Shown: piece after piece, positions 11,935 through 23,602 of the stretch
Layout of the letters: every line of letters starts with the position of its first letter
Numbering within the stretch: the stretch's first letter is position 1
Assembly (NCBI GenBank): GCA_964016885.1
Contig: OZ024757.1
Location: 24,304,001 to 24,368,000, forward strand
Source of the DNA: Eledone cirrhosa
Taxonomy: Eukaryota
Direction of reading: 5' to 3'
DNA: 64,000 nucleotides
Made by a program: the position numbers and the translations under genes
The notes under the pieces: model-generated
Told to the model about the DNA's origin: nothing
The model's database searches: none
The model's input: the letters and a program-made list of their open reading frames with translations, nothing else

Positions 11935-12957
11935 TGCCCCAGCTGGGCCGCGTCGTTGTCCCGTCTAATATCATCAACACTGCCCCCAGCTTGGCCGCGT
12001 CGTTGTCCCGTCTAATATCATCAAAACTGCCCCAGCTTGGCCGCGTCGTTGTCCCGTCTCATATCATCAAAACTGCCCCAGCTTGGCCGCGTCGTTGTCC
12101 CGTCTAATATCATCAAAACTGCCCCAGCTTGGCCGCGTCGTTGTCCCGTCTAATATCATCAACACTGCCCCAGCTTGGCCGCGTCGTTGTCCCGTCTAAT
12201 ATCATCAACACTGCCCCAGCTTGGCCGCGTCGTTGTCCCGTCTAATATCATCAAAACTGCCCCAGCTTGGCCGCGTCGTTGTCCCGTCTAATATCATCAA
12301 AACTGCCCCAGCTTGGCCGCGTCGTTGTCCCGTCTCATATCATCAACACTGCCCCAGCTTGGCCGCGTCGTTGTCCCGTCTCATATCATCAAAACTGCCC
12401 CAGCTTGGCCGCGTCGTTGTCCCGTCTAATATCATCAAAACTGCCCCAGCTTGGCCGCGTCGTTGTCCCGTCTAATATCATCAAAACTGCCCCAGCTTGG
12501 CCGCGTCGTTGTCCCGTCTAATATCATCAAAACTGCCCCAGCTTGGCCGCGTCGTTGTCCCGTCTAATATCATCAAAACTGCCCCAGCTTGACCGCGTCG
12601 TTGTCCCGTCTAATATCATCAAAACTGCCCCAGCTTGGCCGCGTCGTTGTCCCGTCTAATATCATCAAAACTGCCCCAGCTTGGCCGCGTCGTTGTCCCG
12701 TCTCATATCATCAACACTGCCCCAGCTTGGCCGCGTCGTTGTCCCGTCTAATATCATCAAAACTGCCCCAGCTTGGCCGCGTCGTTGTCCCGTCTCATAT
12801 CATCAACACTGCCCCAGCTTGGCCGCGTCGTTGTCCCGTCTAATATCATCAACACTGCCCCAGCTTGGCCGCGTCGTTGTCCCGTCTAATATCATCAAAA
12901 CTGCCCCAGCTTGGCCGCGTCGTTGTCCCGTCTCATATCATCAACACTGCCCCAGCT
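11935..12957. repeat. 46-bp GC-rich minisatellite, ~22 copies
   Basis: Unit GCCCCAGCTTGGCCGCGTCGTTGTCCCGTCT(A/C)ATATCATCAA(A/C)ACT, contiguous, no spacers. Confidence 0.95.
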
Positions 12958-13393
12958 GTGTAGTATAGGTGTGTTATGTGTGTGTGTTATGTGTGTGTGT
13001 GTTATGTGTGTGTCTGTGTTATGTGTGTGTGTTAAGTGTGTGTGTGTTATGTGTATGTGTGTGTGTGTGTGTTATGTGTGTGTCTGTGTTATGTGTGTGT
13101 GTTAAGTGTGTGTGTGTTGTGTGTGTGTGTGTTGTGTGTGTGTGTTATGTGTGTGTGTGTTATGTATGTGTGTGTGTTATGTGTGTTGTGTGATGTGTGT
13201 GTGTGTGTGTTATGTGTGTGTGTGTGTTGTGTGTGTGTGTGTGTTATGTATGTGTGTGTGTGTTATGTATGTGTGTGTGTGTTATGTGTATGTGTGTGTG
13301 TGTGTGTGTGTTATGTGTATGTGTGTGTGTGTGTGTGTATGTGTTATGTGTGTGTGTGTGTGTTGTGTGTGTTATGTATGTGTGTGTGTGTTA

Positions 13394-13426
<33 letters not shown>

Positions 13427-13885
13427 TGTGTGTGTGTGTGTATGTGTGTGTGTGTTATGTGTGTGTGTGATGTGTGTGTTTTCACATGACACTCAAAAAG
13501 AGGTGAGAGCTTGACACATTTTAAATAAAGGTAATCAATGTATCGAACATTCAATCTACCAATCAGTATGATACACATGTTCTCTTTCTCTCCCCACTCT
13601 CTCTCATTCAACCTCTCTCCCTCACTCACCCTCTCTCTCTCTCTCTCTCTCTCACTCACCCTCTCTCTCTCTCTCACTCAGCCTCTCTCTCTCTCTCCCT
13701 CACTCAGCCTCTCTCTCTCTCTCCCTCACTCACTCTCTCTCTCTCTCACTCAACCTCTCTCTCACTCACTCTCTCACTCTCTCTCTCTCCCTCACTCACT
13801 CACTCTCTCTCCCTCACTCACTCTCTCTCTCCCTCACTCACCCTCTGTCTCTCACTCAACCTATCTCTCTCACTCACTCTCTTAT

Positions 13886-13957
<72 letters not shown>

Positions 13958-13960
<3 letters not shown>

Positions 13961-14235
13961 ATATTAAATAAATGGAAACTATATTTATAAAAACCATATT
14001 TATTCTATTATATATATTTCAACGGTGGAGGAGCAGTATCGGTAGAGGGTCGGACGCCATGCTTTCCAGCATAGTTACGTCCCTTTACGATCTGAGTTCA
14101 AATCCCGCCGAGGTTGACTTTGCCTTTCATCCTTACGGGGTCGATAAAATAAAGTACCAGTAATGCACTGGGTAATTGCTGGCCTTGTGCCTAAAGTAGA
14201 AACAATTATATATATTTCAAGGGTACCAAAATTAC
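13958..14235 (-). mobile_element. H1 PLE-type terminal fragment interrupted by a SINE
   Basis: ATAAATGGAAACTATATTTATAAAAACCATATTTATTC...TTTCAAGGGTACCAAAA as in 20402-20490. Confidence 0.75.
14023..14204 (+). mobile_element. SINE family A with 16-bp TSD
   Basis: ATTATATATATTTCAA at 14007-14022 and 14205-14220. Confidence 0.9.
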
Positions 14236-14739
14236 CAACAAATTGAATATCCATTCTGCTTATATATATATATATATATATAAATGGAATAGAATGAAAC
14301 GAAAGTTAATATGCATAAGGAAAGTATATACTTTCAGACGATCAACCATCTGGCAGGAAGGTATACGATGCTGACGATAGCTAATAAGCTTGAAATTAGT
14401 ACATCGTTCCTGTGTCAGTGTTGAACAAAAAGCTGACGTGAACAAAAAGCTGACGGCGTAATTCGGGCTGTTTGTTTGTTTGTTTACAAGCAAACAAACC
14501 GAGCATTATAATAAATGTTCGGTAAACCGATACGTGCATATATATATGCATATATATACTGTACGTCTGTATACATATATGTATGTATACATACATACTT
14601 ACATTTATATATTTATATATATATATATATATATAGTTAAATATTAGATAGGAACAAAAAACAGAGAGGCAGTACAAATGGTAGTTTATTAGGTTCACGC
14701 TTTTGAGAGTGGGGGATATATATATATATATATATATAT

Positions 14740-14837
14740 AGGAACGAGTAGGACCCCGACGGCTGAGCTCAAGCCGTTTCGACGGGTACTTTGGTGCGTT
14801 ATGGTCCATCTGGTTCCTTACCACATTTCCTTCGTTA
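14740..14837. mobile_element. Family H2 (TA)n-inserted element fragment
   Basis: GTGCGTTATGGTCCATCTGGTTCCTTACCAC and GAGCTCAAGCCGTTTCGACGG shared with 15851, 18682, 46440, 53773, 59542 and 60344. Confidence 0.75.
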
Positions 14838-15070
14838 TATATATAAATTATGTTCCCTCTTGCTTGTCCCTCTTTTTTCTCAGTAACATCATGCATTTTA
14901 GTGGATTTGTCACCTTCCTTGGGTGAGTAAATGTTTAAACGTTTCACTATACTTGCTAGAAATAGAAAGCAAGTATTCATTATATAAGAGAGTAATGTGT
15001 GATATTGATGGAGTTTAGGCTTCGACTTCTTATAGATATAGGTTGTTGTCTCGCTCTCCCAAATTAACCT

Positions 15071-15391
15071 TTAGTGGTATGATATGGTCCCATAACTACT
15101 AGTGAGTTCGAAGGGGCGCTTTATTGACATACGGCGATTCTTGAGCACATCTCTCCAGGCCTGAGAACGACAGATTTTTTTCCAGAGAAGGACACAGAAA
15201 CTGAGAGAGAGAAGATTAGGTGGGGAATCGACCCCGGTACTATGTTGCTATTTTTTTTTTTTATCGACCTCGAATGGTTGAAAGGCAAAATTGACCTCCA
15301 CGAGATTTGAACTGAGAGAGAAGAGAGCTGAAACAAATACCGCAAAGCATTCTATCTGACATTCTAACAACTCTACCAAGTCGCTGCCTCC
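15071..15391 (-). mobile_element. tRNA-derived SINE family B (~330 bp, related body to family A)
   Basis: Head GGCAGCGACTTGGTAGAGTTGTTAGAA, B-box GTTCAAATC, shared TTTGCCTTTCA...GTCGATAAAA body; siblings at 22870, 37625, 50490 and 62560. Confidence 0.75.
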
Positions 15392-15736
15392 GATATAATA
15401 TATATTCTGAAATTCTGTCTTAGAATTATTGTGAATTAGAGAACCTAACAAGAGTGTTTGTAAACCTAACTAACCCCAACCTTCAAGCATTAAAGCTAGA
15501 ACAGAAAGCTGGAATAAATACTGCAAAACATTCTATGTGACGTTCTAACAACTCTGCCAAATCGCCATCTATGATATAATATATGACAAAGCAACAAACC
15601 CCCAATATATTCGTTAGTAGTTCAGAATCACATTGGAAGTATATATATATATATATATATATATACTATCCAGGGAATATCCAACCGATAAGGTATGATT
15701 TTCATGGGCATGTCTCTATTTATAAAACAAACTTTG

Positions 15737-15799
15737 TATTTTATCTGAGGAAAGCGTACCAATGTGTCTTGGTACCCTTGAAATATATATAAGAAAATA
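15737..15799 (+). ncRNA. Minimal type I hammerhead ribozyme, family H1
   Basis: TATTTTAT-CTGAGGA-aagcGTACCAA...TTGGTACcctt-GAAA-TatatA-TA-AGAAAATA. Confidence 0.8.
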
Positions 15800-15850
15800 A
15801 ATATGATTTTATAAATATAGTTTCCATTTATTTAATATCATTGTATATAT

Positions 15851-16040
15851 ATAGGAAAATGTTTAACCCCGACAGCAGAGCTCAAGCCGTTTCGACGGCT
15901 ATTCAGAAATAGCCGTCGAAGCGGCTTGAGCTCTGCCGTCGGGGTTAAACACTTTCCTATTACCCACTCAACTACCCTAAGTATTGAGTACTCTGGTGCG
16001 TTATGGTCCATCTGGTTCCTTACAACACCTCCTTCGTTAT
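15851..16040. mobile_element. Family H2 element with ~50-bp-arm hairpin
   Basis: AGGAAAATGTTTAACCCCGAC...GACGGCTATT cag/a AATAGCCGTC...GTCGGGGTTAAACACTTTCCT. Confidence 0.8.
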
Positions 16041-16044
16041 ATAA

Positions 16045-16075
<31 letters not shown>

Positions 16076-16449
16076 TTATTTATAGTTGTATAAACATACA
16101 CACATGCACACCAGGTCCGGACACAGAGGAGCCGAACTCCCACTGTCATCGCCTATGTCTCTCTCGCCCTCCCCATCTCTCACTATTATGAACAAATGGG
16201 GTCACACGTGTTGGCCGCCCCACGGCCCCGGCGAACAGGATAGAGAAGGCAGAATATAATACATATTCTCGAAAGTCTGTCTTAGAATTATTGTGAATTA
16301 GAGCAGCTATGAAGAGTGTTTATAAGCCAAACTAACCCCCACCTCCAAGCTTTAAATCCAGAACAGAGAAGAAATGATCGATTGACTTTCGTCAAATCGA
16401 ACCGAGGAAACAATGTCGGCCTTTCCAGTTGCTAGTACTGTCTATCGGT

Positions 16450-16575
16450 GGAAGGAGCAACGTGAAATAAAGTGTCTTGCTCAAGGACATAACGCATCGC
16501 CCGGTCCAGGAATCGAACTCACAACCTCAAGATTGTGAATCTAATTCTCTAACCACTCAGCCACACACTTTCACA
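16450..16575 (-). mobile_element. tRNA SINE family C head
   Basis: Reverse complement has GTGGCTGAGTGGTTAG, GAGTTCGATTCC and TCCTTGAGCAAGACACTTTATTTCACGTTGCTCC. Confidence 0.75.
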
Positions 16576-16834
16576 TCCAGAACAGAAAACTGGGACAAAT
16601 ACCACAATACATCGTACGTGACGTGCTAACCACTCAATTATATCATCAGTTTTCAACAAAAATAAAATGATTTCAATTCAGTTTTGAAAGTAATTACCAA
16701 CTTGATAACTGTGACAGATGGTGGTTTAGTTGTAAAAATAAACATTTGGTTGACTCAATCAATTGATCGAATTATGCCCTATATACGAATATATATATTA
16801 ATATGTATAGTAAACACAGTAAACCCGTGTCTAA

Positions 16835-16908
<74 letters not shown>

Positions 16909-16959
16909 GTGTGGTTTTTCTTTTACAAAATGAAAAATAACCGCGGTGTCCTACACGAG

Positions 16960-17241
16960 TGAAAGTATAAAGAAAAAGAGATGAAATCGAAAATGCAACT
17001 GGAGTCTTATTTTTTTTTTAAATATATATATTTATTTGGTTCCTTTACCGGTTTCGCAGTTCTTCTGGAGGGTCTGTGGTTTTTCTCACATCTGTGAGAA
17101 AAACCACAGACCCTCCATCTCAACTCACCTTTTGAAAAGCAGAAGAACTGCGAAACCGGTAAAGGAACCAAATAAATATATATTTTTTTTTTTTAAATAA
17201 GACTCCAGTTGCATTTTCGATTTCATCTCTTTTTCTTTATA

Positions 17242-17243
<2 letters not shown>
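16960..17243. mobile_element. Nested fold-back element carrying a U3-A8 hammerhead
   Basis: Outer arms ~16960-17063 / 17141-17243, inner hairpin 17064-17117. Confidence 0.8.
17128..17165 (+). ncRNA. Minimal hammerhead, U3-A8 variant
   Basis: CCTT-TTGAAAA-GCAGaagaaCTGC-GAAA-CcgG-TA-AAGG. Confidence 0.7.
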
Positions 17244-17278
<35 letters not shown>

Positions 17279-17289
17279 ATGTATGTATG

Positions 17290-17536
17290 TTATCTCTTTC
17301 TCTTAATTTTGAGTATATTTTTTGGACCAGCCACCTTCCTGGTGGTAAGGTTGTAAAAGAAAAGAAATTGTCATCCCTTGAATCGCTAGAATGTTTTGCA
17401 AATGTTGAAGGGTCCAGCTATCGCAGCCATTTGTAGACTATGAATTAGGGAGCTGCGCTCTTTGTCCGCAAATCCAAGTTGTCATACTTTGGTCCAAACG
17501 GGTTGGTATATAACCCGTAGCTCCAATAATGATGGG
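17290..17536 (-). pseudogene. 3' end of a restriction-like-endonuclease non-LTR retrotransposon (R4/Dong-like)
   Basis: Manual translation PIIIGATGYIPTRLDQS/FADKERSSLIHSLQMAAIAGPFNICKTF* matches the REL C-terminal pattern; embedded in (TATG)n. Confidence 0.7.
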
Positions 17537-17643
17537 TATGTATGTATGTATGTATGTGTTTTGGTTGCCGACTCTGTGCACGACATTTTAGATCATTGGC
17601 TGGGCTAAAAAGCCACATGCGATCGCAGCGCTGTTAGTTGCTA

Positions 17644-17678
<35 letters not shown>

Positions 17679-17920
17679 GATATGTTTATGTATATGTATA
17701 TCATTATTGTTGTTGTTGTCGTTATTATTATTGTTATTATTATTATTATTATTGTTAATATATATGTATATATATATATATATATTTTTTTTCTTCTCGT
17801 GCAATGGCCATACTCGTTAACGAGGGGGCAGCCATCATGTGTGTGTGAAATGGGCAGCCATCATGTGTGTGTGAAATGCCTACGACGGTTGGATGGCCAC
17901 TGATGAGGACAAACTTTTTC

Positions 17921-17953
<33 letters not shown>

Positions 17954-18381
17954 CACACACATATATATATATATATACACACATATATATATACGTGTGT
18001 ATATATATATATATACACATATATATATATATATATACACACACATATATATATATGTGTGTATATATATATATATACACACATATATATTTATATACAC
18101 ACACATATATATATATATCAACATACACACACATATATATATACACACACATATATATATATACACATATATATATTCATGTATGTGTATATCTATCTAC
18201 ATATATATATAATGTCTATATATATATATATACACATATATATATATAATGTGTATATATATATATATATATATATATCCAGAGAGTGTAACTTGAAGTT
18301 ACTGTCGGTTCACCCAGGTGAGCACTCCATGTTTAGGTTCACGTCAGTAGCGAGGTGTAGAGCTAGACAGAGTGTAATATG

Positions 18382-18673
18382 ATAATACAAGGACGATTTG
18401 TTAAGCCTTCATTACATTTATTGATTGGTGACGCGCGTTTCGTTATCGATCAGCTCAAGGTTCGATCTGTATCGATCTGACCCGAATCTGGAATCAAAAG
18501 CTCGTCGGGCTTCTGTTGTAGTAATGTAATTTCTACAGCAGAAGTCCAGACGAGCTTTTGATTCCAGATTCGGGTCAGATCTATACAGATCGAACCTTGA
18601 GCTGATCAATAGTGACACGCGCGTCACCAATCAATAAATGTAAGGAAGACATAACAAATCGTTCTCGTATTAT
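18382..18673. mobile_element. Fold-back element (~140-bp arms) with degenerate long-stem-II hammerheads
   Basis: Arms are reverse complements; GAAACGCGCGTC on the minus arm; homolog at 52895-53040. Confidence 0.8.
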
Positions 18674-18681
18674 TACATATA

Positions 18682-18860
18682 TAACGAAGGGGGTGTGGTA
18701 AGGAACCAGATGGACCATAACGCACCAGAGTACTCAATACTTAAGGTAGTAGAGTGGGAAATAGGAAAAAGTATGACCCCGACGGCAGAGCTCAAGCCGC
18801 TTCGACGGCTATTTCTGGACTCGGATTGAGCTCTGCCGTTGGGGTTGAACATTTTCCTAT
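18682..18860. mobile_element. Family H2 element
   Basis: AACGAAGG...GGAACCAGATGGACCATAACGCACCAGAGTACTC with terminal hairpin. Confidence 0.8.
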
Positions 18861-18868
18861 ATATACAC

Positions 18869-18942
<74 letters not shown>

Positions 18943-19863
18943 AAGAGAGCCTGAGTGAGAGAACATGTATATATAATTGTGTTCGGATGAGTATTGTTGT
19001 GTGTGCCTGTATATATTTGTTTACGTATATACAAAGTTTTTCACGAATCTTGATTATCTCCCTGATATCGTCCTTTGCATGCTCACTTCTAACCACACAT
19101 CACGTTTGGCTTCAATACGTTTACCTTGGCACTTGAAGTCTGCCACTATAATATAAACAGACAGAGAGACAAATAGATAGATTTCATGTTTTATTTCTCA
19201 TTCTATTTTCCGATAAAGGACTTATGCCCGATACTTAAGACTCGTGTCCTTCTATTTCAGCGTTAAACTAATATATTTCTTCATTGTACTGTGTCGTTTA
19301 ACCCCCACCCCCCACCCACACACACACACATACACATATATATATATATTATATTCACAGTTATAGATGTCATGTTTGAGATAATCTCAAACATGCGTCT
19401 TATCTGCCAAAATATATATAAGAGAGAGAATGAAAGGGAGAGAGAGTGTGTTTGTGTGTGTACTTTATTATATGGGTTTCTCAATAAATATCATCCATTA
19501 ACCCTTGAAATTATAATATTAACAAAGTTATTGGGATGTTCATTAACAGTTGTTTAATGATCCTTATATTTCGGGATCAATTCCCTTCATCAAAAGAATA
19601 ATTGAATTAAAAAATGGCAGCTTAAGAGCGACAAGAATTATCCTGATCCTGATTAGTTTCCTCAATTTTTTTGTTTTTTTAATTTATGAGGGGATTTTAT
19701 CTTGAAATATATAAGGACCTATAAACAACTGCAAGGTAACATCCCTACATTTGTGTTACTATCATATTTTTAACGATTAATTTCCATTTACTTTGTGGTA
19801 ACTTTCTAATAAAACACTGCTTTCTCCATTTTACAACATTCTTCAAGCAAACTACAGCCCTCA

Positions 19864-19905
<42 letters not shown>

Positions 19906-20027
19906 GGAGGTGAGTTTTATTGTAGTACAATAAAGCAATGCAGATATCGGATAAGAAGCACTCTACAGTTTGTAGGACTGGAGTATACATAATATAAGAT
20001 CAAAAGATGGTTAAAGGAGTTCCATGT

Positions 20028-20096
20028 ATTTTATTATGCGCATTTCAAAAACAAACATCATCATGCAATAATATTTGTGTTTTCATCAGATAAAAC
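20028..20096 (-). ncRNA. Minimal type I hammerhead ribozyme
   Basis: Reverse complement of 20231-20299. Confidence 0.85.
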
Positions 20097-20230
20097 AGGA
20101 GAACATGATATGAAGGCTAAAAAACACTTGTGGATAGTGCAGTTTTAAATCAACATATATATATTACTATATGTTGATTTAAAACTGCACTATCCACAAG
20201 TGTTTTTTAGCCTTCATATCATGTTCTCCT

Positions 20231-20299
20231 GTTTTATCTGATGAAAACACAAATATTATTGCATGATGATGTTTGTTTTTGAAATGCGCATAATAAAAT
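20231..20299 (+). ncRNA. Minimal type I hammerhead ribozyme
   Basis: GTTTTAT-CTGATGA-aaacacaaatattattgcatgatgatgtttgttttt-GAAA-TgcgcA-TA-ATAAAAT. Confidence 0.85.
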
Positions 20300-20330
20300 A
20301 CATGGAACTCCTTTAACCATCTTTTGATCT

Positions 20331-20391
<61 letters not shown>

Positions 20392-20429
20392 AGCAAAGGG
20401 ATTGGAAACTATATTTATAAAACCATATT

Positions 20430-20490
20430 TATTCTATTATATATATTTCAAGGGTACCAAAACTTTGGTACGCTCTCATCAGATAAAATA
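20430..20490 (-). ncRNA. Minimal type I hammerhead ribozyme, family H1
   Basis: Reverse complement TATTTTAT-CTGATGA-gagcGTACCAAAgtTTTGGTACcctt-GAAA-TatatA-TA-ATAGAATA. Confidence 0.85.
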
Positions 20491-20642
20491 CAAAGTTTGT
20501 TTTATAAATATTGACATATCCAGGAATGAGACCTTAACGGTTCAAGTTTCACCTGGAGAGTATATATATATATATATATATGTGTGTGTATGTATATATA
20601 TATGTATATATGTATATGCGTGTATATGTATACGTGTATGTT

Positions 20643-20691
<49 letters not shown>

Positions 20692-21120
20692 ATAATAATA
20701 AAATTGAAGACTAAAATCCAAAGAGGGCTCGATAAGGGTTGTGTATGTATAGGTGTATATATATATATACATGTGTGTGTTTGTATACGTGTATGTTTGT
20801 ATATATATATATATGTGTATGTATGTATAATCGTGTGCTTACATGCATATACACACATCTTGAGCCGTGGGAGATCACTACAGAATACTGTAATTTACAT
20901 AAAAACAATTTGTTGATTTTTTTCTGTTTGTTGTATATTTTCGTACTTCTCTCTCTCTCTCTCTCTCTCCCCATATATATATATATATATATATACTCTC
21001 TCTCTCTCTCTCTCACTCTCTCTCTCTCTCTCTCTATCTATCTATATATATATATATATACACTCTATATATACTCTCTCTCTCTCTCTCTCTCTCTCCC
21101 CATATATATATATATATATA

Positions 21121-21182
<62 letters not shown>

Positions 21183-21191
21183 TCTATATAT

Positions 21192-21282
<91 letters not shown>

Positions 21283-21559
21283 TCTCTCTATATATATATG
21301 TGTGTGCGTGTGTTTGTGTGTGTATGAAGTATGTGTGAATGCACAGAAAAGGAAATATACAAATGTGAATGTATGTGTGTATGTGTGTGTGTATGTATGT
21401 ATGTGTGTGTGTGTATGTGTGTGTGTATGTATGTGTGTGTGTGTGTGTATGTGTGCATTAGTCTGCTGCAGACAAAAACGTTTTAAGTGGTGCTGAAAAC
21501 ATTTTCATCGCCTAATTGTTGTATAAAGATCATTGCTGTGGTAGTAGAGGGAAAGAGGG

Positions 21560-22215
21560 TGGTAGTGAGAGGTAGACGGAGAGAGGGGGTGAGGTTGAGG
21601 GACAGACTGGGGGAGGGGGGGGTAGAGATAGAGACAGACTGACTGGGGGGAGAGTGAGGAGGGAGGGTGAGGTAGAGATAGACAGACTGGGAGAGAGAGA
21701 GGGGGTATGGTAGAGATAGAGACAGACAGACTGGGGGGAGAGTGAGGAGGGTGGGTGAGGTAGAGATAGACAGACTGGGAGAGAGAGAGAGGGGGGGGTA
21801 GAGATAGAGACAGACAGACTGGGGGGAGAGTGAGGAGGGAGGGTGAGGTAGAGATAGACAGACTGGGAGAGAGAGAGGGGGTATGGTAGAGATAGAGACA
21901 GACAGACTGGGGGAGAGTGAGGAGGGTGGGTAAGGTAGAGATAGAGACAGACAGATTGGGAGAGAGAGAGGGGGGGTATGGTAGAGACAGACAGACAGAC
22001 TGGGAGAGAGAGAGGGGGTTATGGTAGAGATAGAGACAGACAGACTGGGAGAGAGAGAGGGGGGTATGGTAGAGATAGAGACAGAGAGACTGGGAGAGAG
22101 AGACGGTGCAGAGGAAGGGAGAGAGAGAATGATTGCGAGGGAGAGAGAGGGTCCAGAGGGAGAGAGAGACGGTGCAGAGGAAGGGAGAGAGAGAATGATA
22201 GCGAGGGAGAGAGAG
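21560..22215. repeat. Purine-rich degenerate minisatellite
   Basis: Units such as GGTAGAGATAGAGACAGACAGACTGGGAGAGAGAGAGGGGGGTAT. Confidence 0.85.
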
Positions 22216-22644
22216 TAATAGTTTCTTTGCTTTAAATCGGTTCCTCCGAATATGTCACATAAATAACATTGAACCGAGTCACGTGATGACCATCTTAACA
22301 ACAACAACAACAACAACAACAACACCACCACCACCACCACCACCACCACCACCACCACCACCAGCAGCAAGAGCAACACAACTACTGCAACAGCACCATC
22401 AGTAGCAGCAATAGCGCCAGCGCCACGAGTAACAACAGCAGTTACAGCTTGCCAAACAAATATTATTGGACGATCGATCCTCCTTCTCCGTCGACGATGA
22501 GCACTCGTTCGATCCGCTAAACGTCTAGCTTATGAGTTTACCAGTACCCATAACGTAATTCTCAGGGAGATTCAGTGTTACACAATGTATGAGACAGGGC
22601 CGAACCTTTGAAAAGCAGGTAGAGCCAACCCGGTGGACTTATAC

Positions 22645-22800
22645 ATAGTTTCTTTCCGTCTACCCAAGTTCACTCGCTTGACTTGGTTCAATCCGAGGCA
22701 GTGGTAAAGTCACTCAACCAAGGTACGTCAGAGTGGAATTGAACTCTGGAAATTATGGATGCGAAGCGGACTTCTTAACTACTCTGTTACGGCTGCCTTC
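22645..22800 (-). mobile_element. Degenerate tRNA SINE family D (resembles octopus OK-type SINE as recalled)
   Basis: Reverse complement has a tRNA-like head (GAGTAGTTAAGAAG...GAGTTCAATTCC); short relative at 59920-59995. Confidence 0.55.
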
Positions 22801-22869
22801 ACAAGTAGGCAAGAAATTGGCGGGAAATTTAGGGATGAAGCAGCGTTTGTCATATGTCTAGTTCGTCAT

Positions 22870-23180
22870 GGGAGGCGGAGAATTGGCAGAATTGTTAGGA
22901 CTTCGGATAGAATGCTTTGTGGCATTCGTCCGCCGAGATCAACTTTGCCTTTCAGCCATTCGAGGTCGATAATAAAAGTACCAGTAAAGTATTAGGGGTC
23001 AATTCTTCCTCTATATCTCTTTCTCGTTTCCATTCCCTCACTCTCTATCCTTCTCTGCTGTGTTCAGACCTGGAGAGGAGATGGGATCCGCCAGGTTGTA
23101 AAAATGCCCTACAAACGCTGTATTTCAATATGGCGCCCTTAAGACTCCCTCGGGTACGGGACCATACATACTACTTAGTC
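22870..23180 (+). mobile_element. SINE family B
   Basis: GGCGGAGAATTGGCAGAATTGTTAG head, TTTGCCTTTCAGCCATTCGAGGTCGATAA body. Confidence 0.75.
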
Positions 23181-23295
23181 ATGGCTGACCTAGGGCTAAA
23201 CTACAAAAACAACAACAACAGCAGTAGCAGCAAAAAGAACAGACTACAACCAGCTAGTAAGAATTTTGTATAATATAGCAATAGATAGCCTAAAG

Positions 23296-23602
23296 CAGGT
23301 TTTTCGCTGTGGACCACCAAAATAAGTAATTTTTTCCTGTGGACCACCTAAACTTTTAAATCTTTTGTAATAGAACTGCTACTTATAAGCATCAGTAGAT
23401 GTTGTTTTTTTTCAATGAATTAGAAAATGCTATTATCATGTCGCAGTGCCTAAAAATCTACGCAAATAAACAGCCGAAGTCGTACTTATGCGAAGAATAA
23501 GAACAGCGCTTTAAGTCAAATGCATGGATCAAAAAAGAATTTGCTATTGAAAATTTTCTGTGGACCACTTGTGGTCCACATGGACAAGGTTGAGAACCGC
23601 TG
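23296..23602. mobile_element. hAT-superfamily MITE (Charlie-like)
   Basis: Termini CAGGTTTTTC / GGTTGAGAACCGCTG, subterminal GTGGACCAC repeats, 8-bp TSD GCCTAAAG at 23288-23295 and 23603-23610. Confidence 0.85.

Larger units (their letters stand above)
19989..20338. mobile_element. Perfect palindrome (171-bp arms, 8-nt loop) with a hammerhead on each strand
   Basis: Arms 19989-20159 / 20168-20338; no mismatch seen by eye. Confidence 0.9.

Noticed and set aside
11935-12957. CRISPR-like array
   Set aside because: Units are contiguous with no unique spacers, there are no cas genes, and the context is eukaryotic.
17890-17920. CTGATGAG hammerhead-like core
   Set aside because: No stem II-GAAA or matching stems follow it.
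19989-20338. All palindromes being assembly fold-back artefacts
   Set aside because: Many equivalent hairpins have diverged arms (6327, 9670, 18382, 30184, 63647) and consistent ribozyme content; individual perfect ones still need read confirmation.
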